Shown one piece after another: positions 61,988 to 64,000 of a stretch of DNA of 64,000 nucleotides. The notes under the pieces are model-generated. The model was not told the origin of the DNA, searched no databases, and saw only the letters and a program-made list of their open reading frames with translations. The stretch is from Mytilus edulis (lineage: Eukaryota), in NCBI RefSeq assembly GCF_963676685.1, contig NC_092354.1, forward strand, positions 37,386,001 through 37,450,000, in the 5' to 3' direction. The translations under genes and the position numbers were made by a program. Position 1 is the stretch's first letter; the number at the start of each line of letters is the position of its first letter.

Positions 61988-62588
61988 TTAGTCTCTGATG
62001 TATGATTGTTTTATTAAAATGGCGTAAAAAGATGTTGTAGACATAAAATTATTGAAATCCATTATCTGTTCGTTTCTATATGCTATATAGATTTCTTTCT
62101 TCCGCATTCCAAAAGGCAACCAGACTACTTGTTGACGAGGTGGCCTTTCTCCACGTTGAACAATGTATTCTCCCAACCAATGGATAGCTGCTTGCTTTTG
62201 TTCACTGAAAGACTCTCCCGCTTTCGAGTTTCTTGTTAGGCTACTATTCTGCCATTTTGTTCTGTATCTGTAAAAGCTACTCTTTGTTTTACCATGTCCT
62301 TGTAACCATGTTTGTTGACAAACCACATTCCCATTTATACGAAAAGTAAACCTTTGATTACATGTACTTTCAGATGATGGTTGAAAGTCTTCAAATTTTC
62401 CAGAAAACCACTGTTCCCTTTCTTCCGTGTCTATAGTCCAATATAATGTTCTCAATTTCTCTATAACTTTTCTTTCATAGAATTTTTTAGAAGTACATTT
62501 TCTTTCGCATCCACACTTTTTCGTAGCTTTCTTTAAGGCCAAGGAACCTGCTTTTTGCATTATCATAGTCGTTGTGTTGGTTTTATCT
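61988..62588 (-). pseudogene. Sola-type transposase N-terminal region (truncated)
   Basis: CGCERKC...LRTLYW...EREQW...INGNVVCQQTW...AIHWLGEY...GERPP...WLPFGMRKKEIYIAY...STTSFY. Splice acceptor near 62590. Cut at ~62015 by another repeat. Confidence 0.7.
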
Positions 62589-63001
62589 GAAATGGTAAAA
62601 TGAACCTTTGTTTATAGGTTTATTTTTTTAAAGAACTCATACTAGAAACCATTATTATTTTGAAAATTGATTTGACTTTTGTATAACATTAGTTGCGAAT
62701 GAAATACTTCTAGTGATCTATAACCGGCAATAATAAATTGAAAGATTACACATGTTTGTTATTTTTTTATATGATGCTTACATGTGTTTGAAGAATATAC
62801 AGCCGTTAAATATAAAAAGGAAGAGGTGGTATGATTGTCAATGAGACAACTCTCCACAAGAGACCAAATGACACAGAAATTAACAACTGTAGGACTCTAC
62901 CGTTCGACCTTCAACTGTGAGTAAATACAATCAAGAATACAAATTAATTAACTCTATTGCTTTCCGAGATTGTGGTAATTCTTGGTATAGATACATGTAC
63001 T

Positions 63002-63992
63002 TGTTCCGGACCATATGAGTATTTGGACCATACGCGTATGGTCATGACCATATGCGTATACTCATATGGTCCGACCATACGCGTATGGTCCGACCGTACG
63101 CGTATGGTCGGACCATATGAGTATAATACTCGTTTGGTTATTGGCTGGCCGGACCATATGAGTATTGTGACCATATAGGTATTTGTTTTTAAATTACATT
63201 ATTAAAGTTTTAATAATACAAAAACTTTATCTAAAAAAAACAATGATGGTTAGACGACAATGTATAATTTTTATAATTTAAATACTACGTAAAAATTAAA
63301 TATTGATGCCATAGTTAGTTTTCATCGCTAATTACATTCTTGCATAAAGGCTTGGGGTGACATTTACTTCCACACGGTATCATAGCTTTTTTTGAATTTG
63401 CAAGTCTTGGTTGTGCACGATCCTTTTCATTTACACCTTTTGTTTGCGAGTGAAAAATTAACCTTTTTGTAGCTGCGTACATTGATACCGAGGTCTTGGG
63501 ATATTCCGATATGTCTACGGTGTTTTTAAAAGAAGCTCTAGATCTCAAATATCGTAGCATGACTGCAATACACCATACTCACAAGATAACTTACATACAT
63601 CATGTTACTTTTCAGTGACTTTGTGTAAGATATCATTAAGAAAATTTTGGAAATTATTTTTTTAAGTCGACATATTGCCATTCACTCGTAATAACAAATC
63701 GGTAATGACCACCGGTAATGACCATTGGTATAAAATGTGTTTATTATAGTTTTGAAAAGTAAGTAAAATTAAACAGTGTGAAACTTCTAATTTTTATTTA
63801 GCTAATATCGTTTTATTATAATATTATAATAAATTTACCTAATAAATATATGATAGCGTCTTTTTAATGAACGAGTTTAGAAATATTAAAAGTAAACTGT
63901 AACAGAGTGTTAATTACCCCGACCATATGAGTATATACCCATATGGTCATGACCATACGCGTATGGTCCAAATACTCATATGGTCCGGAACA
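63002..63992. mobile_element. Non-autonomous DNA transposon with TGT...ACA ends and 4-bp TSD (Ginger-like)
   Basis: 53-bp perfect TIR, TACT at 62998-63001 and 63993-63996, TIRs built from palindromic units. Confidence 0.88.
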
Positions 63993-64000
63993 TACTTATT

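Noticed and set aside
63002-63180. CRISPR-like palindromic repeat array
   Set aside because: No unique spacers and no cas genes. It is the left TIR region of a MITE, mirrored at 63920-63992, in eukaryotic DNA.

Overview
AT-rich eukaryotic (invertebrate) DNA. The repeat repertoire looks like that of a bivalve mollusc, probably a Mytilus-type mussel; this is recognition from memory, not a database result. I can support no intact host gene, rRNA, tRNA gene or CRISPR array. The window is a nested transposon graveyard. Retroelements: young I/Nimb-clade LINE pieces (ORF1 with three Zn knuckles; RT + RNase H + 3' tail; a 3'-UTR copy inserted with a TSD into the 5' UTR of the ORF1 copy), six copies or fragments of a ~430-bp SINE sharing that LINE's 3' tail, Penelope-like (GIY-YIG) relics and a minimal type-I hammerhead ribozyme. 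DNA-transposon and other coding relics: Kolobok/Mutator-like, KolX/P2X7-ballast, THAP/ISL2EU, Sola, Academ-like, Transib/Chapaev-like, tyrosine recombinase, SGNH hydrolase and integrase. Non-autonomous elements: a Helitron, Helentron-type HINEs, and MITEs with TA, TTA, TTAA and 4-bp TSDs. The most novel-looking signal is at 8.8-11.1 kb on the minus strand. There a Penelope-like RT-tail/GIY-YIG ORF ends in a TAATG stop/start overlap with a second ORF. After removing one MITE and two tandem duplications and reading through one stop, that second ORF reconstructs to a 207-aa protein with two C2H2 zinc fingers.
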